NCBI GenBank assembly: GCA_963702005.1
Contig: OY969696.1
Span: 864,001-928,000, forward strand
Length of the DNA: 64,000 nt
Reading direction: 5' to 3'
DNA from: Candidatus Aminicenantes bacterium
Lineage (GTDB): Bacteria; Acidobacteriota; Aminicenantia; Aminicenantales; JAFGBC01
Of the stretch, positions 16,398 through 27,405 are shown piece after piece. Numbering within the stretch: the first letter of the stretch is position 1; each line of letters starts with the position of its first letter. A model generated the notes under the pieces. The model saw only the letters and a program-made list of their open reading frames with translations. It had not been told where the DNA came from and made no database searches. A program made the translations under genes and the position numbers.

Positions 16398-17381
16398 ATG
16401 ACCAAACGAAAAGCCCAGGAGAAGACCTTGTCTCGAGGGCGTAAGACAGCGGTATCCCGTCCCCGGCGTCCGGCGGTAAGGCCGTCTCAGGCCGCGGCGA
16501 AAACCTCCGCTCCGCCGCCCGCGCCGGCCAGGGCGGCGTCCTCCGTCAAGAACGAAGTCGCCCTCATGTTTTCGGGCGGCATCGACTCGCTCCTGGCCGC
16601 CGTCCTTCTCGCCAAGGAATACGACCGGGTCCATCTCCTGACCTTCAAGAAGGGCTACCTGGAATTCGGGCTCAAGAACAGCCGGCCCAACGTCGAGCGG
16701 CTCAAAGCCCTCTGCGGCGAGGACAAGTTCATCCACAAGATCGTCAACATCAAGCCCATGGTCCGGCGCTTCTCGATCCGGACAATCGTCCGCGACCGGT
16801 TTCGGTACGGGACCGAGGTCGTCTGGTGCGTCGCCTGCCGGACGACCATGAACGCCGCGGCCATGCTTTACGCCCTCGAGAACAAGCTGGCCGCCATCTC
16901 AGACGGCTCGAACCGGGAGCAGATCCCGGGCGAGAAGCACCTGACCGGGACGGCCGAGAATTATCCGAGCGTCGTCACCCGGCTCAAGGATTTCGCCCTC
17001 AACCACGGCGTCGAGTTCGCTACTCCCGTCTACGATTTCGGAAACCGCGAGGAGCGGCGCCGCAAGCTCGGGGAGCTCGGGTTCGAGATCGACTACCTCA
17101 GCAAGGACCCCACCAAGACCCTGAAGGGGATGCTCCGGAAAGATTTTTTCAAGCGCTCCCAACCCCTGTGCCTGTCGGGTTGGATTATCCACTGGAGGCG
17201 GAACCTGTTCGGGGTCCCGGTCAAACAGGACGAAGCCAAGACCCTGGAGTTCGTCGCCAAAAAACAAAACACCGTCATTAAGAAATACATCGCCGCCCAT
17301 TTCCGGAAGAAGGGGATCGACCTCGATTCTCTCATCCGCGAGCGGACGGAATTCCTGCGGGCCAAAACCGGCCGGGGATAA
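16398..17381 (+). CDS. PP-loop (adenine nucleotide alpha hydrolase; QueC/ThiI-like) protein of unknown substrate
   Basis: MFSGGIDS PP-loop, CVAC, later QPLC; basic low-complexity N-terminus. Confidence 0.7.
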   Translation: MTKRKAQEKTLSRGRKTAVSRPRRPAVRPSQAAAKTSAPPPAPARAASSVKNEVALMFSGGIDSLLAAVLLAKEYDRVHLLTFKKGYLEFGLKNSRPNVERLKALCGEDKFIHKIVNIKPMVRRFSIRTIVRDRFRYGTEVVWCVACRTTMNAAAMLYALENKLAAISDGSNREQIPGEKHLTGTAENYPSVVTRLKDFALNHGVEFATPVYDFGNREERRRKLGELGFEIDYLSKDPTKTLKGMLRKDFFKRSQPLCLSGWIIHWRRNLFGVPVKQDEAKTLEFVAKKQNTVIKKYIAAHFRKKGIDLDSLIRERTEFLRAKTGRG

Positions 17382-17419
17382 TAGCCGAATTTCCCGGCCG
17401 TCGGCGATGTTTGTCCGAA

Positions 17420-18256
17420 TTACAGGAGGACGGCGTCCCCGACGGCGTAGCGGCCTTTCTCGTCGATCTTGACGCGCGCCGCGGCGACATCCGGGTCGTG
17501 CTCGAAAACGACGATCCAGCGGCGGTCGACGGCCGCGGCCAGGAATTCCGCTTTCTCCCTGAGAAGAATCTCGGCCGACATGTCGTAACCCATCAAATAG
17601 GGAAGAGGCAGGTGGCGCGAGGTCGGCACCAGGTCGCTTGGGAAGACGACCGATTCGGCGCCGTTCCGGACTTCCAACCACTGATGGCCCCGGGTGTGGC
17701 CGTCGGTCCGGTGAACCCGAAGACCGGGCGCGATCTCTTCTTCGCCGCGCGTGAGCCTAAGGTCGGCCTCGCGGAGAACGGAGATATTCTCCTTTAAATA
17801 GCTGGCCCGTTCGCGGGGGTTGGGGTCCAGGGCGGTCTCGTAGTTCGCGGCTTGGACCCAGACGCGGGCCCGGGGATAACGGAGCTCGACGTCGGTCGCG
17901 CTCCCCGGCTTGAAGACAGAAATCCCTCCGGCGTGGTCGAAGTGGAGATGGGTGATGACGATGTCCGTGACATCGTTCGGGTCGAGCCCGACTTCCCCGG
18001 CGGGGAGATTCTCGATGCCATAAAGCTGGCGGAGCTTGTCCGGCCATTTATCGCCGTTCCCGAGGTCGACCAGGACAATCCTTTCGCCGTCCTCGATGAG
18101 GAGCGTGCGCGTGGCGAGACGGATGCGGTTCTCCTCGTCGGGCGCGATCAGACGGGACCAGATCGTTTTCGGCACCGCCCCGAACATGGCCCCGCCGTCG
18201 AGGCGGAAAAAACCGCGGTTAAGGGCGGTGATCCGGAAACGTCCGAACGCCATCAT
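17420..18256 (-). CDS. MBL-fold metallo-hydrolase (YtnP-like)
   Basis: LDGGAMFG, THLHFDHAGG, GHTRGHQ, FEHDP. Confidence 0.9.
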   Translation of the reverse strand: MMAFGRFRITALNRGFFRLDGGAMFGAVPKTIWSRLIAPDEENRIRLATRTLLIEDGERIVLVDLGNGDKWPDKLRQLYGIENLPAGEVGLDPNDVTDIVITHLHFDHAGGISVFKPGSATDVELRYPRARVWVQAANYETALDPNPRERASYLKENISVLREADLRLTRGEEEIAPGLRVHRTDGHTRGHQWLEVRNGAESVVFPSDLVPTSRHLPLPYLMGYDMSAEILLREKAEFLAAAVDRRWIVVFEHDPDVAAARVKIDEKGRYAVGDAVLL

Positions 18257-18395
18257 GACCGCTCGCAGTATACCATAGGGTCTGGTTGCCGGCCAGGGCT
18301 CTCCTCGCGGCGTCCCCGGCTCTTCCGCCCCTCTTCGTGTTGGACTATAATAGATAAGAAATTTTTTTGTTTTTCGCAATTAGAGGAGTCGTCCC

Positions 18396-19814
18396 ATGAG
18401 CCATCAGCCGACGGTCATAAAACTCGGCCAGATCCCCGAGGTGCTTGCCAAGGAATTCGCGGACAGGGACGTCGTGACCTGCTATATAGGCTCCAACGCC
18501 GCGACGCCGACGGCCTGCCTCGATGCCGTGACGGCGGCCGTCAAGTCCAGAACGCCCCGCCTGCCCTTCCTGAGGATGGTCCATCTCCTCCTCCAGGGGC
18601 CCGTCTCCTACGTGGAGAAGGGGATTCAGGACCGCATCATGACCTATTCGATCTTCTCGACGGGTGACGTCCGGAAGGCGGCCAACGAGGGCCGCGCGTT
18701 TTATCTCCCCTGCACCCTGGCCAACCTCGAAAGTCTCATTGGAAAGGGACGGCCTTACCAGCCCGATGTCGCCATCTTCAAGATCCGGCCCCACGAGATC
18801 ACCGGAGAGTTCAGCCTGGGCCTGTCCGTCGAGGCGATGCACACGGCCATCGACCACGCCAAGTGCGTTATCGCCGAGCTCGATTTCAGCATGCCCTTCA
18901 CCCAAGGGCAGAGCATCGTCGACGCCCAGTCGATCGACTACCTTGTCGATGACGACGACATCAAGGGCGTCTACAACTTCCCGGCGCCCGACTTCGCCAA
19001 CCTTCCCGGCGCCGAGCAAAGGATCGGCGAGCTCGTCGCCCGGCATTTCATCCGCGACGGCGTCACTCTCCAGGTCGGGATCGGGCAGATTCCCGACGCC
19101 GTCGTCGGGGTCATCAATGAAACCCGCCCCAAGGACCTCGGGATCCAGACCGAGCTGTACGGGGACGGCCTGATGATCCTTCAAAAAGCGGGGATCGTGA
19201 CGAACCGGCGCAAGAAGCAGCATATGGGATACAGCACGACTTCCCTGATCATGGGCTCGATGGAGCTTTACGAATACGTCCACATGCGGGCGGGGATTCA
19301 GATGCGGCCCTGCATGGAAACCAATTCGGCCGAGGTCATCCGCAGGAACAGCCCCTTCATCTCGATCAACACCGCCATGGGCGTCGACCTGTTCGGGAAT
19401 GTCTGGGCCGATTACATCGACGCCCGGCGCTATTACAGCGGGGTCGGCGGCCAGCCCGATTTTGTCAATGCCCTGAACGACCCCTCCTACGGCGTACCGA
19501 TCATCGCGCTCAAGAGCACGACCGATAAAGGGCAATCGAAGATCGCAAAAGTCCACCCCCCCGGCGTGAGCCTCACGGCTTCGGCCTACGACGGCGTCGT
19601 CATCGTCACCGAGTACGGCATCGCCGACCTCCGGGCCATGACGGCCGGAGAGAAAGCCCTGGCCATCGCCAGCATCGCCCATCCCCGCTTCCGCGAGCCG
19701 TATCTGAAAAGCATCGTCGACGACCGCCTGTTCACCAAGCCCCTCGGATTTTCCCTGGACAAGACTCCGCGCGGGGTGATCATGTACCAGGGCGACGTCA
19801 AGATCGAGGACTAA
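18396..19814 (+). CDS. Acetyl-CoA hydrolase/4-hydroxybutyrate CoA-transferase family
   Basis: LQVGIGQIPDAV, GIQTE, SGVGGQPDF, VTEYGIADL, IAHPRFR. Confidence 0.88.
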   Translation: MSHQPTVIKLGQIPEVLAKEFADRDVVTCYIGSNAATPTACLDAVTAAVKSRTPRLPFLRMVHLLLQGPVSYVEKGIQDRIMTYSIFSTGDVRKAANEGRAFYLPCTLANLESLIGKGRPYQPDVAIFKIRPHEITGEFSLGLSVEAMHTAIDHAKCVIAELDFSMPFTQGQSIVDAQSIDYLVDDDDIKGVYNFPAPDFANLPGAEQRIGELVARHFIRDGVTLQVGIGQIPDAVVGVINETRPKDLGIQTELYGDGLMILQKAGIVTNRRKKQHMGYSTTSLIMGSMELYEYVHMRAGIQMRPCMETNSAEVIRRNSPFISINTAMGVDLFGNVWADYIDARRYYSGVGGQPDFVNALNDPSYGVPIIALKSTTDKGQSKIAKVHPPGVSLTASAYDGVVIVTEYGIADLRAMTAGEKALAIASIAHPRFREPYLKSIVDDRLFTKPLGFSLDKTPRGVIMYQGDVKIED

Positions 19815-19839
19815 GGGCCGGGACGCTTTCGGCCGCGTC

Positions 19840-20364
19840 TCAAAGGATAAGCGACAGCCGGTACCGATAGCCGAGGTCCTTCCGGACAAACTTCAGGGAC
19901 TCGATGACTTTGAGCTCCGCTTCGTTCCATTTGGCGATGCAGGCGTAGATCTCCTTATGCCCCTGCCGGCGGGCGTAGGAGACGATCTCCCGGTGAAGAG
20001 CCGTCGAGACGCCCCTGTTCCTGAAGGGCCGGGAGACGAAGGTGATCTGGATGTAGAACTCGGCCGGCCGCCAGGAAGAGGTCTGGGGGAGGATGTCGTA
20101 AATCTGGTCGACATCGGGAGCCCCCAGGGAAGGATAGCCGATGAGATAGGCGATGACCTTCCCCTCGAACTCGGCGACGAACGTTTTGTACTTCGTGCCG
20201 GGCTTCAGGTAGCGGACCCGGTAATTGCCGGTCTCGGACAGGATGCGGACGTCGCTGAATTTTTCGGCGAGCTCGGCTTCGAGCTCCCGGACCAGGTCCA
20301 GGACTTGATCCAGGTCGGCTGGGGCATACTCTCGGATCAGGACATCGAGCCTCCGCTCTGACAT
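19840..20364 (-). CDS. GNAT family N-acetyltransferase
   Basis: FVSRPFRNRGVSTAL motif A; IREY start. Confidence 0.8.
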   Translation of the reverse strand: MSERRLDVLIREYAPADLDQVLDLVRELEAELAEKFSDVRILSETGNYRVRYLKPGTKYKTFVAEFEGKVIAYLIGYPSLGAPDVDQIYDILPQTSSWRPAEFYIQITFVSRPFRNRGVSTALHREIVSYARRQGHKEIYACIAKWNEAELKVIESLKFVRKDLGYRYRLSLIL

Positions 20365-20398
20365 ATTCCGAATTCCCTTCTCTACATTGGGGCGCGGC

Positions 20399-21169
20399 CT
20401 AGCTCAGGAAGATCCTCTCGGGATCGACGTCCTCGCGCAGGATGCGGAGCTCCTCGGCCGAGGGAGGGGGGGTCTCGGTCGCGCCCGTGACGTCCAAATG
20501 GAAGCCGGTCGCTTCGGCGACGGCTTGGGGCGTCAGGCCCGGATGGAAGCTCGCCAGATAAGCCTCTTTGCTCTCGGGCTTGAAGCGCAAAACGCCCATG
20601 GTCGTGACCACGGAGCTCGGCCCGCCCCGGATGAGGCCGGACTCCCTCCGGCTCGTTCCGCCCGCCAGCCATCCGGGGCTCGTGACGTAATCCACTTTGT
20701 CCGGGAAACGCCTTTTCTCGTGCTTGGCGATGATGATCGTGCGCCGGGCGAGACAGGCGATGTCGCACGCTCCGCCGCTCCCCGAGAAACGGACGGAAGG
20801 GCGCCGCGGGTCGGAACCGATCGAAGTGCTGTTGATGTTTCCGAACCGGTCGACCTGGGCCCCGCTCAGAAAACCGACGTCCACCCGGCCCGCCTGAAGG
20901 ACGAAGGTAAAAACTTCCATGAGCCCGGCCGCGGTCGCGGCCCCGCGCATGACGCGCGGGTCCCCGACCGACATCGGCAGGTGGGCGAGCCGACTGGCGA
21001 CCGTTCCCGCCTCGAAGATGATGATGCAGCGAGGGGCGTGGGTCCGCTGGGCCAGCATGACGCCGAGCATCGGGAGGCCGGTCCCGGCGAAAACGACCTC
21101 GCCGTCCGCGATTTCGCGGGCGGCGACCACGGCCATGAGCTCGGTCAGGGTGTAGCGGGGTGTCGTCAT
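20399..21169 (-). CDS. Glutaconate-type CoA-transferase subunit B
   Basis: FAGTGLP, IIFEAG (catalytic Glu retained), GAQVDRFGNIN, GSGGACD, TSPG. Confidence 0.88.
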   Translation of the reverse strand: MTTPRYTLTELMAVVAAREIADGEVVFAGTGLPMLGVMLAQRTHAPRCIIIFEAGTVASRLAHLPMSVGDPRVMRGAATAAGLMEVFTFVLQAGRVDVGFLSGAQVDRFGNINSTSIGSDPRRPSVRFSGSGGACDIACLARRTIIIAKHEKRRFPDKVDYVTSPGWLAGGTSRRESGLIRGGPSSVVTTMGVLRFKPESKEAYLASFHPGLTPQAVAEATGFHLDVTGATETPPPSAEELRILREDVDPERIFLS

Positions 21170-21171
21170 GG

Positions 21172-22134
21172 TTAAACTCTCCGCTTGAGGTCGGGGCGAT
21201 AGCCGAAGGGCGGTTTCGCTTTCAGGGATGCGAGCCGGGCCGATCCGCCGATCGCTTCGAGGTATCCGACCTGATCCTTGACGCCGTACACGTACGCGTC
21301 GAGGTAGCGCCGATAGGCGGCGTCGTCCTTGGCGCTCCCGTGGTACTCCTTGAGCTGGAGGGGGTCGTAATCGTAATAGTTGAACACGGCGTAGGGGTGG
21401 GCTCCGTACGGGACGTGGCAGACGTGGTTCACGGCGAGCGAGGGGATCGGATTCCTCTCCGGCTCCCTGCGCAGGACGTCGTCCTCGACGATCTCCTCGG
21501 CGGTCACGATCACGACATCGGCGCACATGGCCTGCTGGACATCCGCGAAGGTCTGCCCCTCGATCCGGACCGTCCCCTGGTCCGTCGCCTTCTGGACGTG
21601 GAGGACGGCGAAGTCGGTGTGGATGGCGGGCACCAGCACGACCCGGTCGCCGGGCTGGAAAGGCGAGTCCATGACGTGGAGTTTCTTGGGCGAGGTGCGG
21701 GAGTCGGCCGCCCTCTGTTCCGACGAGAGAGTCTCCTGACTGATCAGGTCGCTCCCGAGCAGGCTGCGGACGGGCATGAAGGGGATGCCCATCGCTCCGG
21801 CCGTGAAGCGGGCCACCATCGAGAAGTTGCTGTAGTCTTCCCACTCGATTTCGCCCCGTTCGACGGCCCTCCGCCAGCGAGGTCCGACCGTGTTGAACGC
21901 TTCATCGGCCTCGTAGGCGAGCTCAACCCGTTTGACGCATCCCGCGCCGATGAGAATATCCCAGTCTCCTCCCGGCGAATGCCCGAAAAGGTACAGGTTG
22001 CGCCGTCCGAGCCGGATGAGCTCGTAGATGAAGGCCATCGGGTGGCGCTGGGTCGTGAATCCGCCGAAGGAGATCGTCGCCCCGTCGGGGACGAGGGCGG
22101 CCGCGGTTCTGAGGTCGATGATCTTGCCGGTCAT
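21172..22134 (-). CDS. Glutaconate-type CoA-transferase subunit A
   Basis: FGGF, LIGAGCV, AGAMGIPFMP, VPYGAHP, YDYD. Confidence 0.88.
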   Translation of the reverse strand: MTGKIIDLRTAAALVPDGATISFGGFTTQRHPMAFIYELIRLGRRNLYLFGHSPGGDWDILIGAGCVKRVELAYEADEAFNTVGPRWRRAVERGEIEWEDYSNFSMVARFTAGAMGIPFMPVRSLLGSDLISQETLSSEQRAADSRTSPKKLHVMDSPFQPGDRVVLVPAIHTDFAVLHVQKATDQGTVRIEGQTFADVQQAMCADVVIVTAEEIVEDDVLRREPERNPIPSLAVNHVCHVPYGAHPYAVFNYYDYDPLQLKEYHGSAKDDAAYRRYLDAYVYGVKDQVGYLEAIGGSARLASLKAKPPFGYRPDLKRRV

Positions 22135-22369
22135 CTGGCGGCTCCTTTTCAGGAATGCGGAGTTGATGTTCCTGTGCCCGATCCCGTTCTTGTGTTTTTC
22201 ACTCTATATCAGCCTTTTTTGAAAATCAAGCGTCGGGGTTGACTTCGCGGGAGAGATATGGAAGGATAGCATCATCTTGCGGAATCATGGGCTGCCCCAT
22301 CTTGCTTCGTCGAATAAATCCATGACAGAGAAAAAGGTGGTCTATCTTTCTCGAAAGGAGGTCCCAGCC

Positions 22370-23416
22370 ATGGCCGGCATCATCGGCTACGGGGCATACA
22401 TCCCGAGGAACAGGATCAAGGTTGAGGAGATCGCCAAGGTCTGGGGGGCCGACGCCCCGAGCTATAAAAAAGGGCTGATGCTCGAGGAAAAATCCGTTCC
22501 TTCGCCCGATCAGGACACGATCACCATGTCCGTCGAGGCGTCCCGGAGTGCCCTGAAAAGGGCGGGGATCGATCCCCGGGAGATCGGGGCCGTCTATGTC
22601 GGGTCCGAATCCCATCCCTACGCCGTCAAGCCGAGCGGGACGGTCCTGGCCGAGGCGATCGGGGCCACGCCCGAGTGCCACACGGCCGACCTCGAGTTCG
22701 CCTGCAAGGCGGGGACGGAGGGGATGTTCATCGCCTTGAACCTTGTCCGGTCCGGGGCGGTCAAGTACGGGCTGGCCGTCGGCGCGGACACCTCGCAGGG
22801 CGCCCCCGGCGACGCCTTGGAATATTCGGCCGCGGCCGGGGCCGCCGCCTTCCTGTTCGGGAAGGACGACCTGGTCGCCGAGGCGGTCGAGAGCTACGCC
22901 TTCATGACGGACACGCCGGATTTCTGGCGCCGGGAATACAAGTATTACCCCCGGCACGGCGGCCGTTTCACGGGGGATCCCGCCTACTTCAAGCACACCA
23001 CGGGCGCGGCCGAGGGAATCATGGCCAAAGCCAAGCTGAAGCCCGCCGATTTCGCCTACGTCATCTTTCACCAGCCCAACGGGAAATTCCCGTTCCGGGC
23101 GGGCGAAATCCTCGGCTTCGCCCGAAAACAGATCGAGCCCGGTTGGCTGGTCAACCGCCTGGGTAATACCTACTCGGCGTCCTCGCCCCTCGGGCTGACG
23201 GCGACGCTCGACATCGCCAAGCCGGGCGACCTGGTCCTGATGGTCTCCTACGGCTCGGGCGCGGGGAGCGACGCTTTCATCTGGCGCGTCACCGACCGTA
23301 TCGACAAGGTCCGGAACCTCGCTCCCCGGACGCGGGACCTCCTCGACGGCAACAAGGCCTACCTCGATTACGGCGTGTACGCCAAGTTCCGCCGTAAAAT
23401 CAGGAAGGCGGAATAG
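22370..23416 (+). CDS. Archaeal-type hydroxymethylglutaryl-CoA synthase
   Basis: GYGAYIP, GSESHPYAVKP, EFACKAG, FHQPNGKF, GNTYS, SYGSGAGSD; AAGGAGG RBS. Confidence 0.92.
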   Translation: MAGIIGYGAYIPRNRIKVEEIAKVWGADAPSYKKGLMLEEKSVPSPDQDTITMSVEASRSALKRAGIDPREIGAVYVGSESHPYAVKPSGTVLAEAIGATPECHTADLEFACKAGTEGMFIALNLVRSGAVKYGLAVGADTSQGAPGDALEYSAAAGAAAFLFGKDDLVAEAVESYAFMTDTPDFWRREYKYYPRHGGRFTGDPAYFKHTTGAAEGIMAKAKLKPADFAYVIFHQPNGKFPFRAGEILGFARKQIEPGWLVNRLGNTYSASSPLGLTATLDIAKPGDLVLMVSYGSGAGSDAFIWRVTDRIDKVRNLAPRTRDLLDGNKAYLDYGVYAKFRRKIRKAE

Positions 23417-23425
23417 GAGGCGGCC

Positions 23426-24580
23426 ATGAGAGACGTCGCTATCATCGGCGTGGGCATGACGAAATGGGGCGAGCTCTGGGAGAAATCGCTCCGAACCATT
23501 TTCACCGAGACGGCCTTGCTGGCCTTTGAGGACGCGGGCGTGGATAAAATCGACTCCATGGTCGTCGGCTGCATGTCCTCGGGATTGTTCGTCGGGCAGG
23601 AGCATCTCGGATCGCTCCTTTCCGACTATCTGGGAAAAAACCCCGTGCCGGCGGCGCGGGTCGAGTCGGCCTGCTCCTCGGGCGGCCTGGCGCTGCGCCA
23701 GGGCTTCATCGAGGTCGCCTCCGGCCTGTCGGACGTGGTCCTCGTCGGCGGGATCGAGAAGATGACGGACGTGACCGGCTGCGAGGCGACCTACGCCCTG
23801 GGGACGGCGGCCGACCAGGAATACGAAGGCTTCCACGGCCTGACCTTCCCCGCCCTGTACGCGATGATGGCCGTGGCCCACATGCACAAGTACGGGACGA
23901 CCCGCGAGCAGCTCGCCCTAGTCGCCGTCAAGAACCACCTGAACGGCTCGAAGAACCCGCTGGCCCAGTTCCCGTTCACGATTTCGGTGGAAGCCGTCCT
24001 CTCCTCAGTCCTCGTCTCCGATCCGCTCCGGATCCTGGACTGCTCGCCGATCACGGACGGCGCCGCGGCCCTCGTCCTCTGCTCCCTGGAAACGGCCCGG
24101 AAGCTGAAGAAGCCTTTTATCCGGATCGTCGGGAGCGGTCAGGCCTCGGATACGATCGCCCTCTCCTCGCGGAAGGATTTGTGCTGGATCGAGTCCACTC
24201 ACGTCGCCGCCCAGAAGGCCCTGTCGATGGCGGGCCGCAAGGTCGAGGACATTCAGCTGTTCGAAGTCCACGACTGTTTCACGATCGCCGAGATCATGGT
24301 CACGGAAGCCCTGGGCCTCGTCAAGAAAGGGCAGGGCGGCAAGGCGGTCGAAGACGGCTTGACCGCGATCGGCGGCAAGTTCCCCGTCAACCCGAGCGGC
24401 GGCCTGAAAGCCAAGGGCCATCCCGTCGGGGCGACCGGCGTCGCCCAGGCCGTCGAGGTCGTCAAGCAGCTCCGGGGCGAGGCCGGGGAGCGGCAGGTCA
24501 AGGGCGCCAAGCGCGGACTGACCCAGAATATGGGCGGCACGGGCGGGAGCTCGGTCGTCCATGTCTTCGAGGCGGACTGA
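23426..24580 (+). CDS. Archaeal-type acetoacetyl-CoA thiolase
   Basis: [19 protein letters not shown]. Confidence 0.92.
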   Translation: MRDVAIIGVGMTKWGELWEKSLRTIFTETALLAFEDAGVDKIDSMVVGCMSSGLFVGQEHLGSLLSDYLGKNPVPAARVESACSSGGLALRQGFIEVASGLSDVVLVGGIEKMTDVTGCEATYALGTAADQEYEGFHGLTFPALYAMMAVAHMHKYGTTREQLALVAVKNHLNGSKNPLAQFPFTISVEAVLSSVLVSDPLRILDCSPITDGAAALVLCSLETARKLKKPFIRIVGSGQASDTIALSSRKDLCWIESTHVAAQKALSMAGRKVEDIQLFEVHDCFTIAEIMVTEALGLVKKGQGGKAVEDGLTAIGGKFPVNPSGGLKAKGHPVGATGVAQAVEVVKQLRGEAGERQVKGAKRGLTQNMGGTGGSSVVHVFEAD

Positions 24581-24592
24581 GAGGAGGACGAG

Positions 24593-24985
24593 ATGCCGAC
24601 ACCATCGAGATATTGGCGCGAAATCCCCCAGCGCTACAGATACGAGGCCGGGCGGTGCAAGGCCTGCGGATTCATCTGTTTCCCGCCCCGCCTGGTCTGC
24701 CCCCGATGCGGTGCCCGGGAATTCGAGCCGACGAAGCTTGCCGAAGCCGGGACCGTTCTGACCTACACGATCATCCGGGTCCCTCCCGAGGGCTTCGAGG
24801 ACCAGACTCCCTACGCCGTGGGGATCGCCGAGCTTGAGGACGGCGTCAAGCTCACGGCCCAGATCGTCGACTGTGATCCGGCCTTACTCAAAGTCGGGAT
24901 GAGGGTCCGGCTTGAGTTTCGCAGGCTCTCCGAGGACGGGGAGGCCGGGATCATCCACTACGGCTACAAGTTCGTCCCGGCCTGA
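24593..24985 (+). CDS. DUF35 Zn-ribbon/OB-fold scaffold protein
   Basis: [16 protein letters not shown] fold, YGYKF end. Confidence 0.92.
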   Translation: MPTPSRYWREIPQRYRYEAGRCKACGFICFPPRLVCPRCGAREFEPTKLAEAGTVLTYTIIRVPPEGFEDQTPYAVGIAELEDGVKLTAQIVDCDPALLKVGMRVRLEFRRLSEDGEAGIIHYGYKFVPA

Positions 24986-24992
24986 GCCCGCC

Positions 24993-26600
24993 ATGTTCAG
25001 GATGGAATCCAAGGTCGATACCCAGAGCTCCGAATACCGGCAGAACCTGGAGCATATGAACCGGGTTGTCGCCGAGTACAGGGAACGGCTGGCCAAGGTC
25101 CGGGAGGGCGGTCCGCCCAAGTCTCGCGAGCTTCACGCCTCGCGCGGCAAGCTCCTCGTCCGCCAACGCCTGGAGATGCTTTTCGACCGCGATACGCCCT
25201 TCCTGGAGCTCAGCCCCCTGGCCGCCAACGGCCTGTACGATGACGAAGCGCCCGCCGCCGGCATGGTGACCGGCATCGGCGTCATCCACGGCCGCGAGGT
25301 TCTCATCGTGGCCAACGACGCGACCGTCAAAGGCGGGACCTATTTCCCGATGACGATCAAAAAACACATCCGCGCCCAGGAGGTCGCCCTCGAGAACCGG
25401 CTTCCCTGCGTCTACCTCGTCGACTCGGGCGGGATCTTCCTCCCCCATCAGTCGGGGACGTTCCCCGACAAGGAGCATTTCGGGCGGATCTTCTACAATC
25501 AGGCCCGCCTCTCGGCCCTGGGGATTCCCCAGATCTCGATCGTCATGGGGTCCTGTACGGCCGGCGGCGCCTACGTCCCGGCCATGAGCGATGAGACGGT
25601 CATCGTCCGCCGCCAGGGGACGATCTTCATCGGCGGGCCGCCCCTGGTCAAGGCGGCGACCGGAGAGGACGTCTCGGACGAGGACCTCGGGGGGGCCGAC
25701 GTCCATTGCCGGATCTCGGGCGTCTCGGACTACTACGCCCAGAACGACGAGCATGCCCTGGAGATCGCCCGTAACATCGTCGAAACGCTCGACCCTCCCC
25801 GCCGCTTCGAGCTCGACCGGGCCGAGCCCGAGGAGCCGCATTACGACCCGGCCGAGATATCCGGGATCGTCCCCCGCGACCTCCGCAAGCAGTTCGACAT
25901 CAAGGAGATCATCGCCCGGATCGTCGACGGGAGCCGCTTCCAGGAATTCAAGGAACTCTACGCCCGGACGCTCGTCTGCGGGTTTGCCCGGATCATGGGC
26001 TATCCGGTCGGGATCTTGGCCAACAATGGCGTCCTCTTCTCCGAGAGCTCCCTCAAGGGGGCCCACTTCATCACGCTGTGTGCCATGCGTAAGATCCCGC
26101 TCGTCTTCCTTCAGAACATCACCGGCTTCATCGTCGGAAAGGACTACGAGCATCGCGGGATCGCCAAGGACGGCGCCAAGCTCGTCCACGCCGTAGCCAA
26201 CGCCGACGTCCCCAAGCTCACGGTCATCGTCGGCGGTTCCTACGGCGCGGGGAACTACGCCATGTGCGGCCGGGCTTATGGGCCGCGCCTTCTCTGGATG
26301 TGGCCCAATGCGCGGATCAGCGTCATGGGCGGCGAGCAGGCGGCCAATGTGCTGGTCACGGTCAAGATCAAGAAGCTCCAGGAAAAGGGCGTGGTCATGA
26401 CCGAAGAGGAGAAGGCCAAGATGATGAAGCCCATCCTCGACGCCTACGAGGCCGAGGCGAGCCCTTACTTCAGCACGGCCCGGCTCTGGGACGACGGCAT
26501 CCTCGAGCCCCTCGAGACGCGCCAGGCCCTGGCCCTGGGGATCGCCATGAGCCTCAACGCGCCCATCCCCGACTACAAGGTCGGGATTTTCAGGATGTGA
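24993..26600 (+). CDS. 3-methylcrotonyl-CoA carboxylase-type carboxyltransferase subunit
   Basis: [49 protein letters not shown]. Confidence 0.9.
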   Translation: MFRMESKVDTQSSEYRQNLEHMNRVVAEYRERLAKVREGGPPKSRELHASRGKLLVRQRLEMLFDRDTPFLELSPLAANGLYDDEAPAAGMVTGIGVIHGREVLIVANDATVKGGTYFPMTIKKHIRAQEVALENRLPCVYLVDSGGIFLPHQSGTFPDKEHFGRIFYNQARLSALGIPQISIVMGSCTAGGAYVPAMSDETVIVRRQGTIFIGGPPLVKAATGEDVSDEDLGGADVHCRISGVSDYYAQNDEHALEIARNIVETLDPPRRFELDRAEPEEPHYDPAEISGIVPRDLRKQFDIKEIIARIVDGSRFQEFKELYARTLVCGFARIMGYPVGILANNGVLFSESSLKGAHFITLCAMRKIPLVFLQNITGFIVGKDYEHRGIAKDGAKLVHAVANADVPKLTVIVGGSYGAGNYAMCGRAYGPRLLWMWPNARISVMGGEQAANVLVTVKIKKLQEKGVVMTEEEKAKMMKPILDAYEAEASPYFSTARLWDDGILEPLETRQALALGIAMSLNAPIPDYKVGIFRM

Positions 26601-26612
26601 GAGGACGAGGCC

Positions 26613-27404
26613 ATGGCCGAGACGACCTATAAGACGATCCTGGTCGAGAAAGAAGGCCGCGTCGGCCGCGTCTGGCTCAACCGGCCGGACCTCCGGAACG
26701 CTTTCAACGCCGTCATGATCCGGGAGCTGCGGGACGCCCTCCGAGCCTTGGGCGGAGATGAAGCCCTCCGAGTCGTAGTCCTTTCCGGCCGGGGAACGTC
26801 CTTCTGTGCCGGGGCGGACTTGAACTGGATGCGGGAGATCATCCGTTTCTCGTACGATCAGAACCTGGCCGAATCGCTCGAACTGGCCGCCCTTCATTGG
26901 GAGCTCTACAGCCTGCCCAAGCCGACGATCGCCCGGGTCAACGGCCCGGCCATCGGCGGCGGCACCGGCTTTCTCTCCGCCTGCGACATGGCCGTCGCCT
27001 CGACGGACGCCGTCTTTGGGCTGAGCGAGGTCAAGATCGGCCTTGTCCCGGCCTGCATCGCGCCCTACGTCGTGAGGCGGATCGGAGAGAGCCGGGCCCG
27101 CCAGTATTTCCTGACCGGCGAGCGGATCGACGCGCGGAGGGCCTGCGAGATCGGCCTCGTCCACGCCGTGGCGGAGCCCGAGAAGCTGGATGGGAAAGTC
27201 GAAGAATGGGTCGGGCTCCTGCTCTCCTCGGGCCCGGAGGCCGTGGCCAAGGCCAAGGAACTCCTGAGCAAAGTCCCCGGCATGGACGCGTCGGAGGCCC
27301 AGCGATTCACGGCCGAAATGATCGCCGGGCTGCGGACGAGCCCCGAGGGCCAAGAGGGCATGGCCGCCTTCCTCGGGAAACGGAAGCCCCGCTGGACGGC
27401 CTGA
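26613..27404 (+). CDS. Methylglutaconyl-CoA hydratase-like enoyl-CoA hydratase (LiuC-like)
   Basis: FCAGADLNWM, GGGTG, LSEVKIGLVPA, EGQEGM; position in liu-like operon. Confidence 0.85.
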   Translation: MAETTYKTILVEKEGRVGRVWLNRPDLRNAFNAVMIRELRDALRALGGDEALRVVVLSGRGTSFCAGADLNWMREIIRFSYDQNLAESLELAALHWELYSLPKPTIARVNGPAIGGGTGFLSACDMAVASTDAVFGLSEVKIGLVPACIAPYVVRRIGESRARQYFLTGERIDARRACEIGLVHAVAEPEKLDGKVEEWVGLLLSSGPEAVAKAKELLSKVPGMDASEAQRFTAEMIAGLRTSPEGQEGMAAFLGKRKPRWTA

Positions 27405-27405
27405 G

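Noticed and set aside
16398-17381. Calling the PP-loop protein queC
   Set aside because: Only the generic PP-loop is shared; QueC-specific motifs and que neighbours are not evident
20399-22134. CoA-transferase pair as Myxococcus AibA/AibB decarboxylase
   Set aside because: Subunit B keeps the catalytic Glu (IIFEAG) that AibB lacks, so a true CoA transferase is more likely
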